From contig CAYSAF010000004.1 in assembly GCA_964428965.1 (NCBI GenBank), positions 1-59,749 on the forward strand: a stretch of DNA of 59,749 nucleotides, written 5' to 3'. Positions 38,899-48,457 of the stretch are shown here, piece by piece. The translations under genes were made by a program, and so were the position numbers. The notes below the pieces were generated by a model. That model was not told the DNA's origin, ran no database searches, and saw nothing but the letters and a program-made list of their open reading frames with translations. Source of the DNA: Candidatus Woesearchaeota archaeon. GTDB taxonomy: Archaea; Nanobdellota; Nanobdellia; SCGC-AAA011-G17; VGLX01. Each line of letters opens with the position of its first letter. Positions within the stretch are counted from its first letter, which is position 1.

Positions 38899-39750
38899 AT
38901 GATTGATAAAAAAAAGAGGGTGACAGTAGCTCCTAATCCTGTTAGAGCGTTCTCAAATAAGCCTGATAAGAAGGACTTCAAACCCTCCCATAAAGTGGGT
39001 GGTAAGCTTAAGAAGTTGTCTAAGTACTTTACTTTCTTTGCTTTGTTGTTGTTCCTTGTTTTCCTGATTTACCTTTTGGTTGTTAAGAGCGAGATGATTT
39101 CTTCCACCTGGGTTTACAGCGCTCTTGGCTTGATTGCCGGTCTGCTCTTCCTGGTTAATCTTTATTTTGTGAAGAAGCACTCTGATAAGGTTAAGGATTT
39201 CTTCTCTAAGTTTAAGCGTGTCAAGGTGGTTGAGGAGAAGAAGGTTGTCGGTGTTGTTGTTGATGAAACTAAGAAGGTTGGGAAAGAGAAGGTTAAGAGT
39301 AAGGTTAAGCCCAAGGTCGTGTTGTTCGTTACGTTTTTTGTTCTTGGTGTTGTTGCTCTTCTTATACTTAATTCTAGGGGGGTAATCTCTTTTTCCAGTC
39401 CTTATTTCCTGCTTAGCGTAGGTGCTCTGTTTCTCATCTCCCTGGTTGTTGTGTCTTTAAGGTTTTACAGGTATCACAAGTCTAAGATGGAGATCCAGAA
39501 GAGTGTTTCTAAGGAGAATATAAGCGTGATTAAGAAGAGCATAGTTGCTAAGGCAAGCAAGTATAAAACTGATTTGGATCGTTTGTATGAGCTAGTTAAT
39601 GAGAAGGGTAAGCTTACTTTGTCTGATGTTGCTAAAGGCTTTAACATTTCTATCGAGATGGCTGAGGAGTGGGCTAGGATTCTGGAAAGTCATGACCTGA
39701 TTACCCTTAACTATCCTCCTTTCGGTGAGGTGGAACTTTGCAAGAAGTGA
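38899..39750 (+). CDS. Membrane protein with C-terminal winged helix
   Basis: 4 TM segments; TDLDRLYELVNEKGKLTLSDVAKGF...EEWARILE. Confidence 0.72.
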   Translation: MIDKKKRVTVAPNPVRAFSNKPDKKDFKPSHKVGGKLKKLSKYFTFFALLLFLVFLIYLLVVKSEMISSTWVYSALGLIAGLLFLVNLYFVKKHSDKVKDFFSKFKRVKVVEEKKVVGVVVDETKKVGKEKVKSKVKPKVVLFVTFFVLGVVALLILNSRGVISFSSPYFLLSVGALFLISLVVVSLRFYRYHKSKMEIQKSVSKENISVIKKSIVAKASKYKTDLDRLYELVNEKGKLTLSDVAKGFNISIEMAEEWARILESHDLITLNYPPFGEVELCKK

Positions 39751-41243
39751 TTGAGGCTTATGAGGTTCAGTCTGAGTTGATTCAGACTAAGGTTAACATA
39801 GTTAGGAGTTCAAGCGGTAATTTGAGATACGAGTTGGTAATTCCGGAGTTGCTTCCCGCTACTAAGATTTTGCTCGAAGACGTAAGGGATAAATTAATCA
39901 CTGAGACTACTATTACAACTTCTGAGATTCTTGATCCTAAGGTTATTGATTCTTTGAAGCAGAGGTTCAGCATTAAGGCTGAGTCCTTGATTAAGAGTGT
40001 TGTTCCCAGGGTCGATGAGGAGGTTAAGTCTTACTTGATCAGTACTTTGCTTCACGAGATGCTTGGTCTTGGCTATGTTGAGTTTCTGTTGAACGATTTC
40101 AATCTTGAGGAGATCGTTTTAATCTCTTCTAAGGAGCCTGTTCGCGTTTATCATAAGAAGTACGGCTGGCTTGAAACCAACATCACTATTAAGTCTGAAG
40201 AACAGATTCAGAATTACTCTAGCATTATTGCTCGTCGTGTCGGTAGGCAGGTAACAACTCTCAATCCATTGCTTGACGCTCATCTGATTACTGGTGATCG
40301 TGCTAACGCTGTCCTATATCCTATATCGACGAAGGGTAACACGATTACGATTAGGAAGTTCGCTCGTGATCCTTGGACTGTTACCGATTTTATTAAGGAG
40401 AAGACTTGTCCTCCCAACGTTTTCGCATTAATCTGGCTTGCTATACAGTACGAGATGAACATCCTTATCAGCGGCGGCACTGCTTCTGGTAAGACTTCTA
40501 TGCTTAACGTTCTCATGCCCTTTATCCCTCCAAACCAGCGTATCCTGAGTATTGAGGACACTCGTGAGATTCAGCTTGCTGAGCATCTCTATTGGTGTCC
40601 TCTGATCACTAGGCAGCCGAACCCTGAGGGCAAGGGGGAGGTTACTATGCTTGACCTGCTCGTTAACGCTTTGAGGATGAGGCCTGACAGGATTATTCTC
40701 GGTGAGATGAGGAGGAGGGATCAGGCAGAGGTTTTGTTTGAGGCCATGCACACAGGTCACTCTGTCTATGCTACCGTGCACGCAGATACCATTAACGATA
40801 CTATTAAGAGGCTTACCAACCCTCCTATCGAGGTTCCTCCTAATCTCTTAAGTGCTGTTAACCTTAACGTGGTTATGTTTAGGGATAGGCGTCGCGGTAT
40901 TAGGCGTACCTTCCAGATTGGTGAGTATTTGCCGGTTGAGGAGGAGGGTGGAACCTCAGTCAAGCCTAACGTTCTTTACAGGTGGAAGCCTGAGAAGGAC
41001 GAGGTTGTTGCTCACGCTGATCCTGTTCGTGTGTTTGAGGACTTGAGTAGGCATACTGGTATGACGATGAGAGAGATAAATCAAGACATAGCTTCTAAGA
41101 AGGGGATTCTTGAGTGGATGGTTAAGCATAACCACAGGAGCATTTTTGAGGTTGGTCATATCATGAATGCTTATTACAAGAATAATGAGGTTTTGATGAA
41201 GATAGTTGATAAGGATGGTAAAGCTGATGATCTGCTTAAGTAA
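39738..41243 (+). CDS. Type II/IV secretion (TadA/ArlI-like) assembly ATPase, TTG start
   Basis: GGTASGKT, SIEDTRE, LRMRPDRIILGE, TGH...TVHA. Confidence 0.95.
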   Translation: MQEVIEAYEVQSELIQTKVNIVRSSSGNLRYELVIPELLPATKILLEDVRDKLITETTITTSEILDPKVIDSLKQRFSIKAESLIKSVVPRVDEEVKSYLISTLLHEMLGLGYVEFLLNDFNLEEIVLISSKEPVRVYHKKYGWLETNITIKSEEQIQNYSSIIARRVGRQVTTLNPLLDAHLITGDRANAVLYPISTKGNTITIRKFARDPWTVTDFIKEKTCPPNVFALIWLAIQYEMNILISGGTASGKTSMLNVLMPFIPPNQRILSIEDTREIQLAEHLYWCPLITRQPNPEGKGEVTMLDLLVNALRMRPDRIILGEMRRRDQAEVLFEAMHTGHSVYATVHADTINDTIKRLTNPPIEVPPNLLSAVNLNVVMFRDRRRGIRRTFQIGEYLPVEEEGGTSVKPNVLYRWKPEKDEVVAHADPVRVFEDLSRHTGMTMREINQDIASKKGILEWMVKHNHRSIFEVGHIMNAYYKNNEVLMKIVDKDGKADDLLK

Positions 41244-41248
41244 TTGCA

Positions 41249-42136
41249 ATGTTAAAACTGCCCTATAACCTTTTGCCGGAAAAAATCATCTTGAGGGTTT
41301 CAAGATTGTTCTTGGGTTTTTCTTACTCGCTTAAGCCCTTTTTTCCTTTTACGGGTTTGAGTTTGCGTCAGGCCGGCTTGAGGATTGACGTTAGGGAGTA
41401 TCTTTCCATGTGCCTAGCTTCTTCTCTTATTTTTTTTGTTTTTTCCTCAGCCTTTATTTCCACATTGGTTTTTTTGGCAGGTCTTGAGACACCCATAATT
41501 TTTGGTATTGTTTCTGGCACGATTTTTTCTTTTTTTGTTTTCGTTCAGCAGATTTCCTACCCGAAAATTCTTTCTCGTAAGAAGATCAGGAGTTTGGAGC
41601 AGAATCTCCTTCCTGCTTTGCAGAACCTGCTTATCCAGCTGAACTCCGGCGTCCCTACTTTCAACATTCTCGTTAACATATCTTCTGGTGATTATGGTGA
41701 GGTTTCCAAGGAATTCGCTAAGGCTGTGAAGGAGATTAACGCTGGCAGACCTCAAGTTGAGGTTCTAGAGGAGCTCGCTTCTAACAACCCCTCAAATCTT
41801 TTCAGGAGGACAATCTGGCAGGTTGTTAACGGTATGAAGGCAGGCAGTGACATGGCTGCTGTTATCAGCGATATTATTAACAGGTTGGCTGAACAGCAGC
41901 TTATTCAGATTCAGAATTACGGCGGCCAGTTAAGTCCGCTTGCTATGTTTTACATGCTTGTTGCTGTTATCGTACCATCTCTCAGTGTTACTTTTATAAT
42001 CATTTTGTCTTCTTTCATCTCTCTCGGTGAGTACGTGACTAAGCTTATGTTTTGGGGGCTTTTCGTTTTAGTGGTTTTCTTGCAAATTATGTTTATGGGT
42101 GTGATAAAGTCGAGGAGGCCTAATTTGATAACATGA
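41249..42136 (+). CDS. T2SS F-domain membrane platform protein (TadB/C, ArlJ-like)
   Basis: LPALQNLLIQLNSG, YGEVSKEF; directly follows the ATPase. Confidence 0.85.
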   Translation: MLKLPYNLLPEKIILRVSRLFLGFSYSLKPFFPFTGLSLRQAGLRIDVREYLSMCLASSLIFFVFSSAFISTLVFLAGLETPIIFGIVSGTIFSFFVFVQQISYPKILSRKKIRSLEQNLLPALQNLLIQLNSGVPTFNILVNISSGDYGEVSKEFAKAVKEINAGRPQVEVLEELASNNPSNLFRRTIWQVVNGMKAGSDMAAVISDIINRLAEQQLIQIQNYGGQLSPLAMFYMLVAVIVPSLSVTFIIILSSFISLGEYVTKLMFWGLFVLVVFLQIMFMGVIKSRRPNLIT

Positions 42137-43119
42137 CTCTGTACAGGATTATTTCGATGTTGTACCCTAAGAAGGTTATGTCTAATTATATGGAGCTTCT
42201 GGATTACGCTAACCTCAGCATAGATCCTTATCGGTTTACTGGTTTTGTTCTTTCTTTCGGTTTCGTTTTCGGTTGGATGGCTGCTTTTGCTCTCGGTGCT
42301 ATGTTTAAGTTTAACCTGTGGATTACTTTTGCAATAGCTTTCATCTCTTTTGAGGTGACTTTTTACATCTGGCTTCTTCTGAGTGTGGATGCTAAGGCTA
42401 GGGTTGTAGAGTCTGCTTTGCCTGACGCTTTGCAGCTTATGTCCAGTAATCTCAGGGCAGGTTTGACTCCTGAGAAGGCTCTTCTCTTGTCCGCTCGCCC
42501 AGAGTTCGGCCCTCTTACCGATGAGATTACTCGAGTGGGCAAGGATGTGATGATCGGTAAGGAAATTTCTGTTGCTATGATGGACATGACTAAAAGGGTG
42601 AGGTCTGATAAGCTTAGGAAGACTATGGAGTTGATAGTTTCTGGTTTGAGGGCTGGCGGTGAGTTGGCTGCTTTGATCGAGCAAACTGCTAGAAATCTCC
42701 GCGATCAGGAGTTTGTTGATCAGAAGATTAGGTCTAACGTGCGTATGTATGTTATTTTTATTTTTTCTGCTGTTACCTTTGGCGCCCCCCTTCTTTACGG
42801 TTTGAGTTCTTTCCTCGTTGACGTTATGAAGGAGGTTATTTCCAAGGTTGAGATTCCCCGTGAGAGCATAAGCACCATGAGCATGCCCCTGACCATTTCT
42901 AAGGTTTCGATTAGTTCAGAGTTCATTATGACCTATGTCATAACCTCTCTGGTTATGACTTCTGTTATGGGCTCACTGATATTGGGGCTTATCTCCAAGG
43001 GTGAGGAGAAGCAGGGATTCAAGCTGATTCCCATACTGATTGCCGTCAGCGTTTTGATATTCTTTGCTGTCCGTTTCATAGTGTCTACTCTTCTCGGTGG
43101 CCTGCTTACTAATTTATGA
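42133..43119 (+). CDS. T2SS F-domain membrane platform protein (TadB/C, ArlJ-like)
   Basis: LPDALQLMSSNLRAG, FGPLTDEI. Confidence 0.87.
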   Translation: MTLYRIISMLYPKKVMSNYMELLDYANLSIDPYRFTGFVLSFGFVFGWMAAFALGAMFKFNLWITFAIAFISFEVTFYIWLLLSVDAKARVVESALPDALQLMSSNLRAGLTPEKALLLSARPEFGPLTDEITRVGKDVMIGKEISVAMMDMTKRVRSDKLRKTMELIVSGLRAGGELAALIEQTARNLRDQEFVDQKIRSNVRMYVIFIFSAVTFGAPLLYGLSSFLVDVMKEVISKVEIPRESISTMSMPLTISKVSISSEFIMTYVITSLVMTSVMGSLILGLISKGEEKQGFKLIPILIAVSVLIFFAVRFIVSTLLGGLLTNL

Positions 43120-43160
43120 TTCAACAAAGTTTATAAACAACTTTTTGTTAAAGAAAGATT

Positions 43161-43988
43161 ATGCAGGTTTCGAAAAAAGGTGGTTTTGTCAGGATTGTGG
43201 ATTCTTCTAAGACAGATTCTCATAACGTTTCTCTGAAAGACGGTAAGTTTCAGATTAAGAGGGCCAGGGATTCTTCTGATAAGCCGCTTAATTTTAGTGA
43301 TGATAGGGTTAAGACCGGTATCGAGGGCTTGGACGAGGTTATGGGAGGCGGTTTTGAGCAAAGCTCTGTGAACATCGTTTGTGGCGGCCCAGGCACTGGT
43401 AAGAGTATCTTTGCTTTGCAGTTCTTGCGTAACGGCGCCCTCGACTTTAACGAGCCTGGCATTTACATAACTTTTGAGGAGTCTAAGGGGAAGATTTACA
43501 AGCACACGAAGGAGTTCGGTTGGAATTTGAAGGCGTTGGAAGATGAGGACAAGTTGGCTGTTATTGAGTACACACCTGAGCACGTTAAGAAGCTTCTTAC
43601 CGAGGGCGGTGGCGAGGTTGATTTGGCTGTTGAGAAGATAGGGGCTAAGCGGATAGTTATAGATTCTTTGACTGCTTTTTCTTTACTCTTCAAGGATCAG
43701 TTGGCTCGCATGGAGGCTTTCCTTGATTTGTTCAAGCTGATTCAGCGTTGGGGTTGCACTGCTTTGCTGGTTTCCGAGGACGAGCAGGACGTTGAGAGTC
43801 ATCATCCCTCAGGCGTTGAGTTTGAGGTTGACGGTATAGTCCTTCTCTATAACATAAGGAAGGGTGATATTAGGGAGCGTGCCCTTGAGGTTTTGAAATT
43901 GCGTGGCACAGAGCATTCCAACAAGATTTTCCCGATGAAAATCACCGATAACGGGGTTGTTGTTTTCCCTGAGGAGACTGTTTTCTGA
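43161..43988 (+). CDS. KaiC/RAD55-like (ArlH-like) ATPase
   Basis: GGPGTGKS, VIDSLT, LKLRGT. Confidence 0.9.
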   Translation: MQVSKKGGFVRIVDSSKTDSHNVSLKDGKFQIKRARDSSDKPLNFSDDRVKTGIEGLDEVMGGGFEQSSVNIVCGGPGTGKSIFALQFLRNGALDFNEPGIYITFEESKGKIYKHTKEFGWNLKALEDEDKLAVIEYTPEHVKKLLTEGGGEVDLAVEKIGAKRIVIDSLTAFSLLFKDQLARMEAFLDLFKLIQRWGCTALLVSEDEQDVESHHPSGVEFEVDGIVLLYNIRKGDIRERALEVLKLRGTEHSNKIFPMKITDNGVVVFPEETVF

Positions 43989-44073
43989 TTTAAAACCGAA
44001 ACATTTATAAATCATTATTTACCCCTATTTACTGACGGATTCTGATGAGATTAAAACGAAAATCAAGAGGGGA

Positions 44074-44718
44074 ATGAAAATGAATAAAGAATTGCTAAAG
44101 ACTGGAACTACTGCAATTGGTATAGTTTGTAAGGACGGTCTCGTTCTTGCAGCTGATAGGCGTGCTAGCGCTGGCTACATGATTGCTGATAAGAAGAGTA
44201 GGAAGATTATACTAGTTAATGAGGATATTGCGATAACTACTGCTGGCTTGGTTTCTGACATTCAGCTTCTTACTAAGGTTATTAAGGCTCAGCTTAAGTT
44301 GATTGAGATTAGGAGGGCTAAGAAGAGTACTGTTAAGCAGGCTGCTAATCTTCTTGCTGGCATGGTTTATGCTAACATCAGGCGTATGTCCATGGTTCCA
44401 GGTATAGTTGGCTTCATACTCGGGGGCAAGGATCTTTCTGGTTTCCGTCTCTACAACCTCGGCGTTGACGGCTCAATTACAGACGTTGATGACTATGCTG
44501 CTGACGGTTCTGGTATGCAGTTTGCTCTTGGTGTTTTGGAGTCTAATTACAGGAAGGACATGACCTTGAATGACGGTATTAAGCTTGCTGTTAGCGCTAT
44601 TAACACAGCTATACAGCGTGACATCGCTACCGGTAACGGTATAGATGTTGTTACGATAACTAAGGATGGTGTTAAGTTTGTCTTGGAAAAGGAAGTTAAC
44701 GCAAGAATTACTATGTAA
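44074..44718 (+). CDS. psmB: Proteasome beta subunit
   Basis: Propeptide then G/TTAIG, ADRRAS, GSG, RDIATG. Confidence 0.95.
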   Translation: MKMNKELLKTGTTAIGIVCKDGLVLAADRRASAGYMIADKKSRKIILVNEDIAITTAGLVSDIQLLTKVIKAQLKLIEIRRAKKSTVKQAANLLAGMVYANIRRMSMVPGIVGFILGGKDLSGFRLYNLGVDGSITDVDDYAADGSGMQFALGVLESNYRKDMTLNDGIKLAVSAINTAIQRDIATGNGIDVVTITKDGVKFVLEKEVNARITM

Positions 44719-44762
44719 TTCTTTTCATTTCAACCAATTAATTTTGAAAGGAGAAATCTAAA

Positions 44763-46664
44763 ATGCCAGATATTTTGAGTGAAGTGCTTAAGATGCTTCC
44801 CAACCCTGATAAGATTTCAGACTCTTGTTTTGAGGGAGCAAACATCGTCTTGTATACCAAGGATAAGAATTTTTTCTTGAATAATAACGGTGTTATTGTT
44901 AAGATTGTTGATGCCATAAAGAAAAGGGTTGAACTAAGGCCAGACCCTGCTATTACTATGGATCAGGAGGATGCTAAGGAGATTATTGAGAAGCTTATTC
45001 CTGCAGATGCAGGCCTTTCCAACATCATTTTTGATCCGCAGAGGTCTAGGGTTATTATTGAGGCTGATAAGCCTGGCCTTGCCATAGGTAAGCAGGGTGA
45101 GCTACTAAAGGAGATTAAACAGAGGACCTTTTGGGTTCCCTTCATAATGAGGACTCCTGCTATTCGCTCTAAGCTTATCGAGAATATAAGGTACGTTCTT
45201 TATGAGAATAACGATTTCAGGAGGAAGTTTTTGAATAAGGTTGGTAAGCGTATCTATGGTGGTTGGACTAAGGAAAGGAGGAACGAGTGGATTCGTGTTA
45301 CTTTCCTCGGTGCTGGCCGTGAGGTGGGAAGAAGTTGTTTGCTCTTGCAGACTCCTGAATCAAGGGTTTTGCTCGATTGCGGTATTAACGTCGCAGCCCC
45401 TAACGACTCTTCTGCTTTCCCGATGTTTGATGCTCCGGAGTTCAAGCTGGAAGATATTGATGCTGTGATTATTACCCACGCTCACCTTGATCATTGCGGT
45501 GTTGTTCCTTACCTTTACAAGATGGGTTATGATGGCCCTACTTACTGTACAGTTCCTACTCGTGACATCGCTGCTTTGCTGCAGCTTGACCTTATTGGTA
45601 TTGCTCAGAAAGAAGGTGGGAAGCCTCTTTACACGAGTACAGATGTTAAGGAGATGGTTAAGCATACCATCTGCCTCAACTATGATGAGGTTACTGATGT
45701 TACGCCAGATTTTCGTCTTACTTTTGTTAATTCCGGTCACGCTCTGGGCGCTGCCATGGCACACCTGCACATCGGTAACGGTTTGCATAACCTGTTGTAT
45801 ACCGCTGACATGAACTATGAGACCTCTAACTTGTTGGCTGCTGCTGTAACGAAGTACCCAAGATTGGAGACGGTCATACTGGAGTCCACTTACGGCGGCA
45901 AGGATGACGATCTTGCTTCTAGAAAAGAGTGTGAGAAATATCTTTTGGATGTTGTTAAGGATACGGTTTCTAAGGGCGGTAAGGTTTTGATGCCTGTTCT
46001 GGGTGTTGGTCGTTCTCAGGAGGTTATGATTATTCTTGAGCGTGCTATGCGTGAGGGCTTGCTTGATAAAATCCCTATTTACGTTCAGGGTATGGTTTGG
46101 GATGTTACCGCTATCCACACAACTTATCCTGACTTCTTTAACAACAAGGTTAGACGCACGATATTTCACAAGGATCTCAATCCTTTCTTGTCCGATGTAT
46201 TCAAGCAGGTTGCTGGTTACAATGAGATGATGCAGGTTATTGAGTATGGGGGTCCTTGCATAATTGTGGCTACTTCTGGTATGATGCAGGGCGGCCCATC
46301 AGTTGAGTACTTTAAGCGTCTTGCTGATAACCATAACAACTCCTTGATCCTTACCTGTTATCAGGGTGAGGGCTCGCTCGGTAGGAGGATTCAGAGTGGT
46401 GAGAAGGTTATTAGTTTCCCTAAGGGTGAGAAGTCAGAGGATGTTTCTGTTAAGATGTCTGTCCACACTATTTCAGGCTTCTCTGGTCACTCTTCTAGGA
46501 AGCAGCTTATGCAGTTCGTCTACAATCTTGATCCTAAGCCTAAGCGTATCATAATTAATCACGGAGAAAGTTCCAAGTGTTTGGACTTGGCCAGTTCCTT
46601 GCATAAGATTCATAAGGTTGAGACTTCTGCACCAAAGAATTTGGAGTCTTTACGTCTTAAGTAG
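44763..46664 (+). CDS. aCPSF1 (KH-domain beta-CASP ribonuclease)
   Basis: KH domains, THAHLDHCG metallo-beta-lactamase motif, FSGHS, NHGE. Confidence 0.95.
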   Translation: MPDILSEVLKMLPNPDKISDSCFEGANIVLYTKDKNFFLNNNGVIVKIVDAIKKRVELRPDPAITMDQEDAKEIIEKLIPADAGLSNIIFDPQRSRVIIEADKPGLAIGKQGELLKEIKQRTFWVPFIMRTPAIRSKLIENIRYVLYENNDFRRKFLNKVGKRIYGGWTKERRNEWIRVTFLGAGREVGRSCLLLQTPESRVLLDCGINVAAPNDSSAFPMFDAPEFKLEDIDAVIITHAHLDHCGVVPYLYKMGYDGPTYCTVPTRDIAALLQLDLIGIAQKEGGKPLYTSTDVKEMVKHTICLNYDEVTDVTPDFRLTFVNSGHALGAAMAHLHIGNGLHNLLYTADMNYETSNLLAAAVTKYPRLETVILESTYGGKDDDLASRKECEKYLLDVVKDTVSKGGKVLMPVLGVGRSQEVMIILERAMREGLLDKIPIYVQGMVWDVTAIHTTYPDFFNNKVRRTIFHKDLNPFLSDVFKQVAGYNEMMQVIEYGGPCIIVATSGMMQGGPSVEYFKRLADNHNNSLILTCYQGEGSLGRRIQSGEKVISFPKGEKSEDVSVKMSVHTISGFSGHSSRKQLMQFVYNLDPKPKRIIINHGESSKCLDLASSLHKIHKVETSAPKNLESLRLK

Positions 46665-46944
46665 TTTTTTCTCTTTTTATTGTGTATTTGCTTTTTTCTC
46701 CCTGTCTTATTGTCACGGTTTCCCCTTTTTTGAGTGGGCTGTACTGGATGTGGTAGTGTTTGTGTGGTTCTTCAGGTCCCATGCATATGCAGCTTACCGC
46801 TCTTACCTTTGCCGGAGTTTCTTTTTTTCCTTCTATGAGGTAGAATTTTCTGTCTATTTCCGGGAACATCTTCAAGGCTTCTTTTGTTATGAATACGTAT
46901 CCTTCTTCTGCTTCTTCTTTGCTTATTTTTCTCCTGTATTCCAC
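46657..46944 (-). CDS. Hypothetical protein
   Basis: 95 aa, CICMG...HKH motif; co-oriented with htpX and lemA. Confidence 0.6.
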   Translation of the reverse strand: MEYRRKISKEEAEEGYVFITKEALKMFPEIDRKFYLIEGKKETPAKVRAVSCICMGPEEPHKHYHIQYSPLKKGETVTIRQGEKSKYTIKREKTT

Positions 46945-47835
46945 TTACATCGCCTCTAATCTTTTTATCCTTTCGTCTATGGGTGGGTGTGTGCTGAACA
47001 GGTTGTTGAAAGTCCCTTTTATGTTCCTTAAAGGGTTAGCTATGTACAGGTGTGCTGTTGCTTTGTTAGCCGAATCTACCAGCGGGTCTTTGTCGTTTTT
47101 TATTTTTTTAAGGGCATCTGCCAGCCCTTGCGGGTACCTTGTCAGTAAAGCCCCGTCGGCATCTGATAGGTATTCCCTCTTCCTGCTTATCGCTAGTTGT
47201 ATCAGTTTTGCTATCACTGGTGCAAGTATTGCTAATACTAATCCTACCAGTATGAATATCACTGTTATGTTGCCTCCTTGTCTGTCATTGTCTCTTCTTC
47301 CGTATATGAAGCTTCTCAGTATCACATCACTTAGCAGCACTGTTATTCCTATGAGCACTGCTGTTAGCATCATCATTCTTATGTCAAAGTTTTTTATGTG
47401 GCTCATCTCATGGCCGATAACTCCTTCTAGTTCCTGTCTGTTTAGTTTTTGTATCGCTCCTTTCGTTACCGTTACTGACGCATGCTTGGGGTCCCTCCCT
47501 GTTGCGAAAGCGTTTATGGCCGTGTCGTCTATCACATACACCTTCGGCATAGGTATTCCCGCAGCTATAGACAGTCCTTCAACGGTGTTATACAGGTGTG
47601 GGTAATCTTTTTTCTCAACTGGCTTTGCCCTGCTTACTGCCAGTATCATCTTGTCGCCTGAGTAATAGCTTATTAGCATGTAGCCTACCGACACTACCGT
47701 TGCCAGTATCACCCCAAAGTACACGTTGTTGAAGTAAAGTCCTAGAACATAGCCTAGTGCTGCTATTATTATAATGAATAGGAAGAGAAGCAGGTAGCTC
47801 TTCCTCTTGTTGCTGCTTATCTCCTCATATATCAT
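46945..47835 (-). CDS. htpX: HtpX-like M48 zinc metalloprotease
   Basis: NAFATG, HEMSH (HExxH), REYLSD, FSTHPP. Confidence 0.93.
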   Translation of the reverse strand: MIYEEISSNKRKSYLLLFLFIIIIAALGYVLGLYFNNVYFGVILATVVSVGYMLISYYSGDKMILAVSRAKPVEKKDYPHLYNTVEGLSIAAGIPMPKVYVIDDTAINAFATGRDPKHASVTVTKGAIQKLNRQELEGVIGHEMSHIKNFDIRMMMLTAVLIGITVLLSDVILRSFIYGRRDNDRQGGNITVIFILVGLVLAILAPVIAKLIQLAISRKREYLSDADGALLTRYPQGLADALKKIKNDKDPLVDSANKATAHLYIANPLRNIKGTFNNLFSTHPPIDERIKRLEAM

Positions 47836-47836
47836 C

Positions 47837-48391
47837 TTAAAATTCTACCTTGACAGGCTCCCTTTCCTTGCCTTCTGTTTTGAAGAATTCTCTTACTTTG
47901 AAGTTCAGCATGTTGGCAAAGATGTTGTTCGGGAAAACTTTTATCTTCTCGTTGAATACCATTACGCTGTCGTTGTAGAACTGTCTTGAATAAGAGATCT
48001 TGTTTTCTGTCCCGCTTAGTTCTTCTTGCAGCATCATGAAGTTTTCATTTGCTTTCAACGTGGGATAGTTCTCTGCTACCGCAAACAACGTTTTCAGTGC
48101 ATTTGTTATCATGTCTGATTGTTTTGCCTTTTCTGGCAGGGTTTTAGCGCTCATCAAAGCGCTTCTCGCTTTTGTTATGTTTTCGAGAACCTCCCTTTCG
48201 TGCTTCATGTAGCCCTTTACCGTGTTTACCAGGTTTGGTATGAGGTCGTACCTTCTCTTTAGCTGAACATCGATTTGTGACCAAGCATTGTCGATCCTTA
48301 CGTTAAGTCTTACAAGACTGTTGTACACTATTATAAGGTACAGCAGTATTATTCCTACAACTGCTAGTAGGACTATCAACCATGTTTCCAT
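47837..48391 (-). CDS. lemA: LemA family protein
   Basis: YNSLV...QLKRRYDLIPNLV, AENYPTLKAN, FPNNIFA. Confidence 0.95.
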   Translation of the reverse strand: METWLIVLLAVVGIILLYLIIVYNSLVRLNVRIDNAWSQIDVQLKRRYDLIPNLVNTVKGYMKHEREVLENITKARSALMSAKTLPEKAKQSDMITNALKTLFAVAENYPTLKANENFMMLQEELSGTENKISYSRQFYNDSVMVFNEKIKVFPNNIFANMLNFKVREFFKTEGKEREPVKVEF

Positions 48392-48457
48392 TTTGTAACC
48401 CCCCGTGTTTTATAGTGCTTTTCTATCATCTTTGGTATTTAAAAGTTTTGTGAAATC

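Noticed and set aside
45360-46169. Long antisense ORFs such as 45360..46169 and 41950..42684, plus many short shadow ORFs
   Set aside because: They lie opposite well-supported conserved genes, have no motifs, and are explained by strand-biased codon usage.
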